Assembly: GCA_028534125.1 (NCBI GenBank)
Contig: CM052817.1
Location: forward strand, 97,464,001 to 97,528,000
DNA: 64,000 nt
Source of the DNA: Lama glama
Taxonomy: Eukaryota
Direction: 5' to 3'
The position numbers were made by a program, and so were the translations under genes. Positions 27,338 through 41,762 of the stretch are shown here, one piece after another; position 1 is the first letter of the stretch, and every line of letters begins with the position of its first letter. The notes below the pieces were generated by a model. It was not told the DNA's origin. It did not search any database and saw only the letters and a list, made by a program, of their open reading frames with translations.

Positions 27338-29365
27338 TACAATAATTTTTACTTATTGTAACAAGTTAAAAAGTTTAACATCTTTACAGTCCAATCCACC
27401 CTACAACCACTGCCTCTTGAATGTTTTTCCAAAGTGCACGTGGGCTCAGGCTATCTCCCTGCTCCAACATTTCAGTAACTCCTGCTTATCCACCAAATTA
27501 GGCACCAACTTCTTAGTGCGACTTTCAAGTTCTACTGGAATCCCATTCCAACGCACCTCCTCCAGGCTTTCTTCCCCACTAGTTCCCTCTATCACAGCCC
27601 AACCACACTCTGTTTCCTGCCCACCAGGGTTGTGCTCACATAACTCCCTCCACCAGCAAGCGCCCACCCCACCCCCTGCAAATCTTTCAAGACGAAGGAT
27701 ACATTCCAACTCTGATCATCCCCTCCCCATGTCCCCATTTTCCAAGACTCGCCCAGAAAATCCTTTCCTGTCACAACACCCCAAGTCAATGTTGCCCATT
27801 ACAAACCTGATTTCATCCCGTTTTGCGTGCAATCTTTGTATATTTGTTTCAACAGCCCTTCATGTGTATGGCGAGGACACATGAAGGGATCATCATTGAA
27901 AAAATGAAGTCATGGCCACAGTTAGGAATTCAGACGGCCAGTTACCATCTTACATGCTCTCCCTAGGGTATTAACTTTGTAAGTATTCAAATTACTTTTT
28001 GTTTGTCCTCTCCTCCTTCCTTGGACAAGAGTGTTCTATTTCTTGCATAAAATAAAGGCGATTTCTATCTCTTTCTACATAGAAATTTTGGCCTTGGCCA
28101 TACCACTAACAATCATAAATCCAGAGGTTTCCAGAGCGTCAATTAAGTAACATGTGCTTATACATAATTACATTTTAACTTCATCATTACCTTACTATAT
28201 AAAGAACAAAATAAAACTCTTAAAACCGAAAATAAAGTCTCCATTTGACAAGTTAAAAACTAGAAATTCTAAAATTTAAGATGAAGACATTATCCATTTA
28301 ATGCATTTATATCCCATGAATTCTCACTAATAAATTTTGGAATGCAGTCCACAAAACTATACAATTTAATGGCTCTATTTAAAGTGGAATCAAGAGACAA
28401 ATATTTTTCTCTCAATTTGAATTTGGTGAACGAAAGAAAACAACAAATTATTTAGCAGCAGAGCTGAAATTTTATCAATAGATGAGTAGTGTGAAACTAC
28501 AGCAACAGTTGAAAGCCTGGAGCTGGGGGAGTATTACTTTGGAGGAAAAAAATTAATGGCATCAAAGCATTAGGGGGAGTGAAGTGTTACCCCTAAATTA
28601 CTGGTGATCAATACAACACGTACTGTTACTCTAAAACATTACAAGGGTAGAAAAGGTCAGTCAGTCAGGCACACCCAGAATTTCAATATTGCAAGAGGCA
28701 TCAACTCTATAAATGACAAATCTCCAAGTCCTATTTTCAGCACGTTCACGTCACTGGTACATAAGTGAACTGCCTTAAGTTGAAAAATTTGAGTTTATTT
28801 AATTGAAACCAGGGCTTTTAACCTCAACTTTACGGTTTAAGTACGAAGTAATCAGTTCAAATTTACTAATACTTTAGATAATAAAAGGCAGACATACCGA
28901 CAGATAAACCCAGGCTACTTGTGATGGTAAAAGCAAAATGTATGAAAGGATGCTGTACAGGTTGATTTGTTTATTAAAAAGCAGTAAGTTTTTTTTTTCA
29001 ATAAAATGATCACCACTCTTACCGGAAATATCATCAATGAATGAAAGTGAATGAAACATCAGAAGAAGCAAGTCTCATTTTAAAGTCATTTAAAATCTAA
29101 CATCTAGAACTGCTATCTAGAGTACTAACCTGGAGAAATTCTATTTACACTAGCAATTTCAAAATCAAAATATTAGGAGACAAATAAGAAAAGAAAGTTT
29201 CATGTTTTCATTTCCAAATGACCTAAGTAGTTCTGTAATGAATTTGTTTATTATAGTAAATGTCAATAATCAATCTCTCCCCAGCAAAACCCATCACTCT
29301 TTCATACTCTGTATTACATAAAGATATTTTTATCTCAATGGCTGATATAGGAAATTTACTAAGAA

Positions 29366-29486
29366 GAGGTGGGCATAGCTCAGTGGTAGGGCACGTGCTT
29401 GGCATGCATGAGGGAACCTGGGACAGGTTCCATCCCCATACTTCCATTAAAAAAAATAAAAAGATCCTAATTAAACTTACCAAAAG
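29366..29486 (+). mobile_element. tRNA-derived SINE (camelid Vic-1-like)
   Basis: GGGCATAGCTCAGTGGTAGGG...GGTTCCATCCCC, A-rich tail, imperfect GAAA(G)TTTACTAA flanks. Confidence 0.8.
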
Positions 29487-30599
29487 AAAGTTTACTAAAA
29501 GACATGGCAAACTTCGTAACAAACTCCTTGACTTCTGAAGCTTTTGGTTTATTATAGAAGATAAATTTCGAAAATCTCCAGGGACAATTGAAAGATTAAA
29601 AAAATAACTGCAGCTTATCACTAAATTGTTTCATTCTATGATAGGAAAAAGTGAAGCATATATTAAGATAAATTCCTGATTACGTGTCTTGAAATCTACC
29701 AGAATGTGCCCTTTGAAACAGTGAACTTTATATCTGAAAGTCTCAGTCAATGTTAGCACTGTGTTACGATGCTATCGAAGTGACTCTATGGCCATAAACA
29801 CCCAATGTTATGTCAACAGAAAAACCCTGTTTCCAAAAGCAATCACATAAATGCAAAAGAACAAGCAACTCATAGTGTAAGTGTCAAATTTTATGAAAGG
29901 AAAGATCTGATTAAAAAAACCACTACTTTTCAAAGTAAAACAACAGGTCACCCCTACTCACCCTTACCTTTAAATGGTAAATGGTAATGACATTTTTCTA
30001 TCCTGACTACCCTGGAAATGCCAGAGCTCAGACTTGTGAATAAGATATACTTGAAACCAGTCTAGCAAATATGTTAAGGGCTACTTCTATTCTTATTCTT
30101 AACATACGTGACTCCAAGGAGACTATACAGCCATTTAGTAGCAATGCTGGAAGACCTTAGAGAGCATTTAGGTCAACTCCTCTTTAAAATGAAGAAACTG
30201 AGGCTGCAACTCAGGGTCACAGCTTTGTGTCCCGGGGAACAGGGAATCTCCAATCTACATGACCCAACTGGGTCCGATGTCCATCACAGAGCTTTCTATC
30301 CAGCTTTTGTCACAATTTATTTTACAGTTTGGTAATCAGACAGTCCACTAACTGGAAATTACTAACGGACACAACATTGGTCACCGATCTCGCAGAATGC
30401 CCACAGGCTGAAACAGACACTCACTCCACCACCATTACCCATTTCTATCAGCTTGAAAAATTCACCTGGGTGAGAATCATTTTTCTTATCCAGATGAGGC
30501 ACCCCTCCCCTCAGCATAACATTCAGCAAAGCTAACACAAACAAATCAATAGCCCCTTCTTTCGTTAACCTCCAAAGCGCAGAAACGATGCATTCCAAA

Positions 30600-31258
30600 G
30601 GTGCAATGCTCAATTTCTGGATCTCAGGATGCCTCTCCACGCTTAAAAACATGAGTTGAGGACACCAAGGAGCTTTTGTGTTTTATGCACTCTATCTGTT
30701 GGTATGTACCATATTAGAAATTAAAACTTGTATTTCTTTTAAATCACTTAGAATAATAAGATATTACATGTTAACACACACATGTTTATGAAGAAAAAAA
30801 AAACCTATTTCCCAGAATGAAAAAACTGTAGTGACAAGAGAGGCACTGTTTTACATTTTTGCGAGTCTACAGTCTCCCTTAATAGAAGACAGCTGAATTC
30901 TCATATCTACTTCTGTGGTCAGTGTGGGGTGATGTGTTTTGCTTCAAGGATATGAAGAAAATCTGGCTTCACACTGATACGTTGCGGGAAAGAGGAGGAG
31001 TGTTTTAATGGTCTTTTCAGCTGATTGCAGACATGGTTCTTTCACACCACACCGAAAACATCACAGTGAGTGGTTTCTTAAAGCTTAGTTGCCACACGGA
31101 ATCTAAAACCATATCTGTGAACTTTTCAAACACTATTACATTAAAACCATTGGCCTGTCTTCCATTTTAAACAGCTCTTTTACCAAGGCATGGTTTTTGA
31201 CTCCTCAAACTTCCTTGAAAAGGTCTCAGGAACCCTAAACCATATTCTGAGATTGACT
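30600..31258. mobile_element. hAT-Charlie DNA transposon relic (Charlie1-like, internally deleted)
   Basis: TTGAGGACACCAAGGAGCTTTTG...CCATATTAGAAATTAAAACT...CTTAATAGAAGACAGCTGAATTCTCATATCT match the recalled Charlie1 consensus. Confidence 0.75.
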
Positions 31259-32214
31259 AGCGAACAGTTTGGAGTCCAACCTGAAGACAAAGGATGTTAT
31301 GAAATCCAGAGGCAGTTCTGCGATGCCTTGGTCCTTTACAATCTTTAAGTCATTAGCTCAGCACTCGCTGGAATGGCCTAGCATCATTATAAATCATGAA
31401 ATAGGCAAAAAGGTTGGATCTGGGTCCAAAAGATGCAAAATAAGAGGCCGATAATGAAGCTTAGATGAGACTAAATTAAATATTATAATGTGAAGACTAA
31501 AATCTAGAAAAAGATCTAAATCTCCTCTGACCCTTGAGCCTTTATTCTGACAATGATCAAAATAAATATATTTGAATAATATTCCCCAGGAAAAGCTGTA
31601 CAGAATTAGTAACCTATAAGAGACTTTAAATAACATTAAAGCTGTGATATTAAAGTTTTTGGAAAACTTCCAATGACTAGCACACTACCAGAATGTACGT
31701 AAACAAAATGAATTCCCTGACTGTATTATCAAGCATAGTAAGAATTTTGGAAATCTCAAGAAGACACACAAGGCAACACCCCCAGTGCCCACAAATGCAG
31801 GGTAGGTTCAAGGTCATTGATTCATATGAATATTTAAGTCGATGGGTCATACTAGATCATCAGCAGGGGCTTCATGACTTGAGTGTGAAAACCACAATTG
31901 AAACAGTAGAAATAAGGATACAGAACCAACAGAAGAGAGTTAATGATTTTAGCCAGCATACCTCTAATACTTCTACCAGAAATAGATCCACCCCGAGCAA
32001 TAGCCTTCAAAATGAAAAGAGCATAAATGGAAATGCTGTAGCAAATGCATGGTGCCTGAGCGTTAAAAAACCGTAGAATTTAATCATAAGAATTATCAAT
32101 ACGTATTTCCTTAAACTTTGTATATATTTCTTTATTTTGTGGAGTTTCATATAATGCAGAAAAGAGAACACTAAAAGAAATGGAAACTAAAGATTATGAA
32201 GACACTTATCTTAA

Positions 32215-32490
32215 ATGTTAATAGTCATAGCTAAAATGTATGTAGTACTATATAATGTATGCTATATATCAGATGATATTCAAAGTGCTTTTCATAAAAT
32301 AACTCACTTAATTGTCCTGATAGCCCTTGAGATGAGTACTACTGGATCCCGTTTTTACAGATGAGAAGACTTACAGCCCAGAGAGGTGACACAGGAATGT
32401 GCACAGGGACACAGAGCAAGTAGGTGGCAGGGCTGGGATTTCAACCAGGGCAGCCATGCTCTTAACGACCAGGCTATCCTTCTGCCTACT
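32215..32490 (-). mobile_element. MIR SINE
   Basis: TTTTACAGATGAGAAGACT...CCAGAGAGGTGA...GCTGGGATTTCAACC...CATGCTCTTAAC. Confidence 0.8.
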
Positions 32491-33860
32491 AACCCACTAA
32501 AAGCATCACTTACAAAAACATCTCCATCATGTGCAAAATCTCCTTCTCTGAAAGTAAAACAAAGCGCCAGCAGCAGAACACATGCTGGGTTTGGTTCTGA
32601 TGAAAGCGATGCTATCTCCTGACTTGCTTTAAAAGAGTTTAGGATTTAAGAGCAGCAGTATTAGAATTGGATTGAATAGTTCACGCAATCGAGAACTGTA
32701 AGAACAAGTAAGTATCCTTTACGAAATGTGTGCTTTCAGAGTAAGGTTTGAATCAAAGGTGAGGAAAAGAAGGCACAAATGAGAGTTTTTACTTTTTGGT
32801 TCAGTAAAAAACAGGAGAAAGAATAAGGATTACACGTAAGCCTTACATCTTGCTACTGGGATGGACATTTTTCCCCTAAAATAAGTTTTCAAGGACAATA
32901 TCCACATATTCCTAGATGCACAAGTGAACTATATCTAGAAAATCTATTCTTTACATGTCCTATAAAGGGATCATTTATCATAACCATGTAATAAAAACAG
33001 TACTGAAGCAAAGTCCAATGCAAGTGTTCACTGTATAACTTGGAACCACCCTTTGTAGTCGTATCTACAACCTCTCCCTTGTTTTTTCTAAATACAGACA
33101 ATATGCTATCTGCAAGAAGGAAAAGCCAAGAGATATTTTAGAGGGAGTAAAGTATGTCTTCTTGCAGATCCTAAAAGTTACAAACAAATTAAAAACTGCA
33201 GTGATATACTTCACTTCCAATGAGTAAGAAAGTCAGATTGTCCACTTAGTAACTTCAGATGTGCTCAGTCTTTAAAAGCCCTTAAGAGTTAAGGAAATGA
33301 TTTATTTGTATTGAAAACCACAACTTACATACAATTAACCTACCTAGAAAAAGATGGAAAGGCTAGGGAGCTTCCGGGCAACAGACTCAGGGTTTAATTT
33401 CATTTTTCACAACCAATGAAGTGATTAATAGAGAAAACTAAGGAAAAAGAAGACTATGACCACAAAGAAAGCAATTTAAAGCAATTTTAGTGAACTAGTA
33501 TGCAGATAAAGAAAAAAAATCTAGCATTAGTCTGCTAAAGTAAACATAGTAACAGGCTGTAGAAAACAAACTTTTTCTAAACACCTACAACAGACAGTGT
33601 AGAGAGAGAAGTATATATTGATGCTCCTTCAAAATCAACACAAATATTTTGAGATTGTCAGGATTTTTTGTTTGTTTCTCTATTCCAAAAAAGCAGCAAC
33701 ATTTCAACAAGTAAAGGGCGAAGCACTAAACGACCATCGTGAAAGCAAAAATAAAACAGGAAACTGAAATGTATTCAAATTTATCAACTACAAAGATAAT
33801 TCGAAACTTCAGTGCTTTATAAAGCCATAGTTTTCAAGACAGGAGAAAAAGGCCAACTTA

Positions 33861-35621
<1,761 letters not shown>

Positions 35622-36719
35622 AGCTGACAAACAAATTGATATGAAAAAATTGAATTAGAGTCATTTATGGCAAGATTACTCTAACAGACATTCTAAAATT
35701 ACATTTACTGAGCTATAAATACATATTCTACTCATTATAAGCAATACTTCCAGTTTTATTAAAATTATTACCTTTTTAGGTGCTGACATAACAAGGCTAT
35801 TGACTATAACTGGTCCAGAAGCCAGAATGTAAGAAGCCATCATATAAAATTATCTTGCATCTAGATGACAGTAACATATTTGCTAAAATACAGCCTTTAG
35901 AATTTGCAAAGAATACTTACAAATGTTAACTTATGTAATATTTAGGGTAGTCTTGGGGGATAAATGAGGCAGGAAGGGAGGACACTGAGGACTTAGGTGG
36001 GCGACTTGCCCAAGGTCAAAAGCATAACAAATGACAGAGTCAGGTTTAAAACTAAATCTTCTAACTCACTCCAAGCCATCGGAATCTTTCAAGCATATGG
36101 AAGCTGCTTTCCATATCTAATACATGATTTTATTAAAAACAACAGGGAAATGCAATTAATGTTAGTTACCATTTCCCAAAATAAAGTTATCAAGTGAATT
36201 ATCACGAGAAAAATAACTTGGGAGTTATTTCTAAAACAACATGGTTTTCTTAAACTGGGTTAGTGATGGAAATAATTTAATGTCAATTCTGCAAAGTGAA
36301 GATTCATATAGCCTGATTAATTAAGGCGGTTCATAGCTCAGAGAGGCTATAGGACAACCGGACAATGTCAAGATTCTAGTCTGTATTTCAGTACTGGGAA
36401 GGACTCTGCCATGCAGCCTCAGCTCAGTTGTACCTCTGCTAAAAAGACTCCCAACAGTATCATACACAACAGTTAACGGAGGAAGTTTGACATGGGTCCT
36501 AACAATTTATGTGTTCACTCATTCAACAAATATTTACCAAGTGTGTGCTACATCCTGGGCCTAAGACGAGTCACCAAATCTATGATGATAAACAAAACAG
36601 GCACTGTCTCCAACCTCAGGTCGCCTGCACGGTTGTTTTAGATATACAATCATATCCATTGGCTCTCTATATAAATTTATTTCATAGATAGAATAATTAT
36701 AATCGGCTATATTTATAAT

Positions 36720-36880
36720 AATTCTTATGTATTACATCATTTGATGCACTGTTACAAGCCTTTCACACATATTAACTTATTTGCCCTTATAAACAACCCT
36801 ACAAGATTGGCAAAGTATTATCCAAATGATACAACTGGGGAAACTGAGGCACGAGCCACACAGCAGAGCTGGAACTGGAC
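36720..36880 (-). mobile_element. MIR SINE fragment
   Basis: AACAACCCTACAAG...GGAAACTGAGGCAC. Confidence 0.65.
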
Positions 36881-36882
36881 CC

Positions 36883-37086
36883 CAGGTCTTTATCTCCACC
36901 TTGGCATTACTTTGGGGCCTGACAGTTCTTTGTTGAGGATGTGTGTCCTGTGCATTATAAGATGTTTGGCAGCAGCCCTGACCTCTTCCCACTAGACGCC
37001 AGCAGCATTCCTCCTCCTGCACTGAGACAGCCAAAACTGTCTCCAGACCCTGCCCAACACCCCAGCACCCTGGCTGAAAACCACCG
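36883..37086. mobile_element. MER20 (hAT-Charlie MITE)
   Basis: TGTCCTGTGCATTATAAGATGTTTGGCAGCA...CCCACTAGACGCCAGCAGCA...TGTCTCCAGAC. Confidence 0.82.
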
Positions 37087-40000
37087 GCCACTCTAAAGAA
37101 ACACACCTCAAAGAAAAGTCACTCATTCTCAATAATAGTCCATTTGTACGTTTTCATATATAAAACTCTAAAAATCTTTATGCATGCATTTTTCAAACCC
37201 TTTCAGGCGTGTAAACAATCTCTTGACTCAAACGAAGGTCCTGATCTAAAAGATGCAGTTTCTGCAGTTCTTAACACAAGTATTACTTTAGACCTCTCAT
37301 CCTACCCCTCCTTGCCCCTCCTTTTGCCATTTACAACCTCCATCCGCCCTACCTACCCCTCATTAAAAAGAGACTAGGAAGACTTTCTGCTCCAGAACTT
37401 TAATTAACATGGAGAAATAACATAATGACTCTACCAAATAAATTGGCATTAGATATTACAAAGCTCTACAACAAAATTTAATGCCCAAATTGTCCAAGTA
37501 GCATAATTACCTCTCTTTTCTGTATTCTACATGAGATTTTAAGTTCTCGGAAGGCAGAAACTTTATCAATTTTACCACTGCATCCCAAGAAGACAGCATA
37601 TTGCAAATAAAAAAAATTTAAACTATTATAAGCATCAATACTCTATAGTTTGTGAACATTAAAAAGCTTCCAATTATGTAACGTGCTTTTAATTCAAGAA
37701 CATTATTCTGTAAAGTTCTAATCACAAATTAATCACAAAACAGAGGAAAATAAATCAAGTTACGATGTTTGAGGAGATAACCCGGTAATTCCAGCCAAAA
37801 AAAGTTAGTGTGGGTGAAAGCCAAGTAAAAGTTGAAAAAAATATACAGTGAAATGGGACCAAAACAGCCTACTGGCATTTCCTACCTTACGGGAAAACTA
37901 GTTAGTTGCAGCAATAGGTTGAAAAGTATCAGGAAGTAACAGTGCTGCGTCTACTTTTACCTAAGAATATTCTGTCCTCCCCATACCAAACCTGAACAGA
38001 TTTACATCTAAGGTATAGGTGTTTCAGGTTCAAATTCATTAAACTCCACAAGAAACATGTCTATTCCTTTTCAAAACTGAACACCTTCTGTGTTCACCAA
38101 GCCACCCCCAAACCCTGTCCCTAAGCCCACATTCCCTGTCTTGGTGAACTGCACTACCCTCTACCCAAATGCCAGAAGTCACCCTTGCCTTGGCACCCTT
38201 AACCAAAGGTCTCCATAGGCTCACCCCTCCCCACTCCCACGCCTAGAGCCCCCCCGCCCCCCCACCAACCCCCCTCCCAGGCAACAGGACTATCTGCGCT
38301 GAGTCTGAAGGGCGATCCCCAAGTAGCCTCTCTCCAAAAAATCATCCTCCAAATTGTCTTTCGGGGAAAGGATGATCACTGACTACCTTTTTTTTGAAGT
38401 TTCACAGTGGAAACTGGCATGCTAGAACTCCTGGGAGGTTCTACAGAACAGAAACCTGTTTCCTTTTTAATCCAGCGTTCCCTAAATAATTTGACCACTG
38501 TACCGTTGTTTCACAGAACATCTACTACTATTCCAAGGGACAGTCTTCATCACTCTGCCTCAAAGCAGGAGCCATATCTCAGATACGTGAGACTCTACGA
38601 AGACTTGATAAGAATCCAACCGGAAAATGATGGGCAAAAACCCTCTTAAAGCCCTCAACAAGGAAGCACCTTATCAGCCAACATCACACAGCTGATCACA
38701 ACTTTCCAAGCCCTGTTGACTAGCCTTGAACTCTCTTGACAATAACATAAACCTGCCTGTATTTCACCACATTATTGACAGGGCTATCATTAGAGAATTT
38801 GCAACAGGCTCTGCTGAAATCTACAATGGCTTTGTTTAAGGTATTCTCATCTACCAACTTAATGCACTTCTCAACAAAGAAAACAGAGTAAAGGCTGGCA
38901 ATAAACACGGAAGAATGGAGGACATCTAGTATCTGCATGGTTTCCACCGCAAGCATTTTTAAAAAACAGATTTTTTAAAAAAATATATGATTACTGAAAT
39001 ATTTTATGCTAAATTTCCCTATTAGTTTAGTTGGTCTGTTCTGTAAACAAATGGATGACGTTAGGAATTTATTTCTTACGTTGTCCAGGAAATCCAGGTT
39101 ATCTTTTTGGAATTGTCCTAAGGACCATGGCTTGAACAGAATTTCAGTCAATCTGAACTTACTACTGAGTACTGAAAATACCAGTTGATGAATATAATCC
39201 TCATAGAACTTAAAATATCCAGAGGGTAATGGGAAAGTTTTTGTTACTAATGTAAAACGTGAAGCAGACACTAGTACACAAATCTAGCTTATACAAAATC
39301 AGACTTGTCTCCCTTACAATGGGAAGTATAACAAAGACTATCTTGGGACGAGGACAAAAATCATTATGACCCCTAAATTTTCATGCAAATAGCCTCCCTG
39401 TCCAAAAATAAAGGAACTTTCACATAAGGAAAGTAAGGAAAAAGCACTGATAGTTCTACATTAAGCCCTATATGTGCTCTTAAACACTCTTTTGCAAAGG
39501 AAAAATCTGACTTTAAAATTTTACATTTTACAGACTGTGTTAAATTGCTGTTTTCCATAAGAAAGTAGTTTTTATTCAGGAATATTAACAAGGAGATTCT
39601 TGCAAATTTATATTTTATCTGAAAACACTTTCACTTTTACTATCCTCAAAATATAGTCCCATTTCAAATGCATTATTTTCTATACTTATTTGACTATAAT
39701 ATGCCGTCTTAAAGGCAGAACCTTAAGAATTTCACAATTTTCATTGGTTGCATAGTTGTAAAAGTTCACTGTAACTTATTTTCTGTCATCCCCACTACAG
39801 AACTATTATTATGTTCCCCTTTTTTATAGACAAGGTAAATGATATAAATCAGCTCAAGGTCACCTAAGAGAGCAGGAGAACCAGTCAGAACCGAACACAC
39901 CTGATTTCTATTCACTCACCTAATTCACTGAGCCACCTGATCTTTCCAAAATCCCCAAACTAAGCTATTTCTCCCTTAAAGGAAAAAGTTCCCCTTTATT

Positions 40001-40660
40001 TTTTAAAACTTCTCTCCTCAAGCATTTCCATGATAGCGTGCCATGAAGTCAAATATAAAATTAAAACTGCCCAGAACTTCACAAATAGGGAACGCAGTTA
40101 TCATTACTATGTAAATATCATCAAAACAGCACCTAGAGAAATGGCAACTCAAATGTTAAAAAGCAATTTAGTGCATTTGAAATTCAGTGGTTTCAAAACC
40201 TCGTCAGCTATCAAACAGAAGTTTTCCCAACTTCTACGTTACAATAAATATTTAAAATTGTTGGTGCCATAAATCATTACGACTTAAACCTGGTCTTTTA
40301 AAATTTATTAGGAAAAGCCATGCACCTAAATTCAGTAGTAGGGTACGGATGCCACCAAAGGAAGCTTCATCCCTCTCCTCTGCCTTTAGAATCCCAACTG
40401 ATGCCACAGAAAGCATAATCTCTTTCAAGAGTTTCGTGAATACTAAGGAACGGGAAATGCACGAATTTCTGGAGCCCCTTTCACACAGTTTCTATCAGGA
40501 TCTGTATCTCCTTCAACTGCCCTTTTCCCGCTACACCTCCAGCTGAGATTTGGGTGCTTCCGTAACTGATAGAGAAAAGAAATATTATTCAAACGTCCTT
40601 TAAAATCTGTACAAGGAAAACGACCCCGAAATTCATCTTTGGAGAAAGGAAAGGGTGGTA

Positions 40661-40856
40661 NNNNNNNNNNNNNNNNNNNNNNNNNNNNNNNNNNNNNNNN
40701 NNNNNNNNNNNNNNNNNNNNNNNNNNNNNNNNNNNNNNNNNNNNNNNNNNNNNNNNNNNNNNNNNNNNNNNNNNNNNNNNNNNNNNNNNNNNNNNNNNNN
40801 NNNNNNNNNNNNNNNNNNNNNNNNNNNNNNNNNNNNNNNNNNNNNNNNNNNNNNNN
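40661..40856. other. Assembly gap (196 N) at the start of intron 1
   Basis: Run of N. Confidence 0.99.
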
Positions 40857-40880
40857 GCCCAGCCGCGCACCCCTACACAC

Positions 40881-40978
40881 CTGCCCCGGCCGGGGTCCGT
40901 CTCTCGGCGTCTACCTGTTGCAGCGCTCGCCAACGCCACGACACCCCTGCTGCGGAACCCCCCTAAATCCAACCACAT
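40881..40978 (-). other. Upstream ORF in exon 1alpha (MWLDLGGFRSRGVVALASAATGRRRETDPGRG...), overlapping the main ATG out of frame after splicing
   Basis: ATG 40978-40976, no stop before the donor, 100 nt to the main ATG in the spliced mRNA. Confidence 0.6.
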
Positions 40979-41225
40979 CCAGGCCAGCGAGTGCCGCTCT
41001 CCCTGCAGCGGGAGAGCCCGAGGCAGCAACGCTCTTGCACCCAGGTGACTGCACGGGTTTCCTCCGAGCAGCCCGAAGTTGGCTTGCGTCTCCCCGGTCC
41101 AATGACACCCCGGGCGCGGAGGGGCGGAGAGGAGGAGGAGGGGGCAGGGGCAGGGGCAGGGCCGGGGCGGGCGAAGTAGGGAGGGAGAGAGAGCGCGACA
41201 GGGCGGCCGAAAGCCCGGAGGGGGA
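40881..41225 (-). other. NR3C2: NR3C2 untranslated first exon 1alpha (5' boundary approximate)
   Basis: Minus-strand GGCACTCGCTGGCCTGGATGTGGTTGGATTTAGGGGGG...GAGAGACGGACCCCGGCCGGGGCAG matches my recollection of the human MR mRNA 5'UTR. Donor CAG|GTGTGT at 40881/40880. 5' end estimated from a TATA-like element at 41250-41257. Confidence 0.85.
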
Positions 41226-41400
41226 GTGGGCCAGCTGGAGGGCCGGCCCTTTTAAAAGCGGGTCACATGTCCAGATAAAAAGTTCAGGTTCTGTCCCGCC
41301 CCTGTGAACCCCTCCCATTGGTCCAGAAGGAAGCAAGGCTCCGCCAGGCTGGCTTCTCATTGGATAATCCTGGCTGTCAGTCACCAGGAGGGCGACATGA
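41226..41400 (-). promoter_or_regulatory. P1 core/proximal promoter upstream of exon 1alpha
   Basis: TATA-like TTTTAAAA 41250-41257, E-box CACATG 41264-41269, GC box 41295-41302, two minus-strand CCAAT boxes at 41317-41321 and 41359-41363. Confidence 0.6.
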
Positions 41401-41762
41401 CTGATACAAAGTTGCTGCGACACAGCCTGGACTCGGCAGCTCCCTTAAAGCTGCAGAAGCGGCGGCCGTTTGGTATGCAGGGCAGCGGCTACGACACTAG
41501 GTACCCTCCACACTCTGCCCCCCGCCCCCTCCTCCCTCCACTGTCCCAAACTTGCTCACGCCCACCTGGCTCTCCTCCTAGCTAACCCCAGGATGTCTGG
41601 AAAGACGTGAAAAGTCTGACGACGCGGAAGAAGCCGGTTTTTCCAAAAGCCAGTCAAGGTGTTGTCCCCTGACACTCTCCACCTGCAGCGCCAGGTGAAC
41701 GGCGGCCCTGGCCCAGGCGCCGCCTACGGCGTCCGCGCGCAGAGAAAGAATTGGTGGGCTTC

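Noticed and set aside
27297-27884. 195-aa plus-strand ORF
   Set aside because: Starts in an antisense SINE and runs through L2-like low-complexity DNA; no coding signature.
35622-35630. ORF-track start 'MSAM' at 35630
   Set aside because: It is a TTG inside the intron acceptor (ttgtcAG); the real start is the ATG at 35621.
40443-41307. ORFs spanning N runs (also around 35366-35664 and 47420-47653)
   Set aside because: Their length is an artefact of untranslatable Ns.
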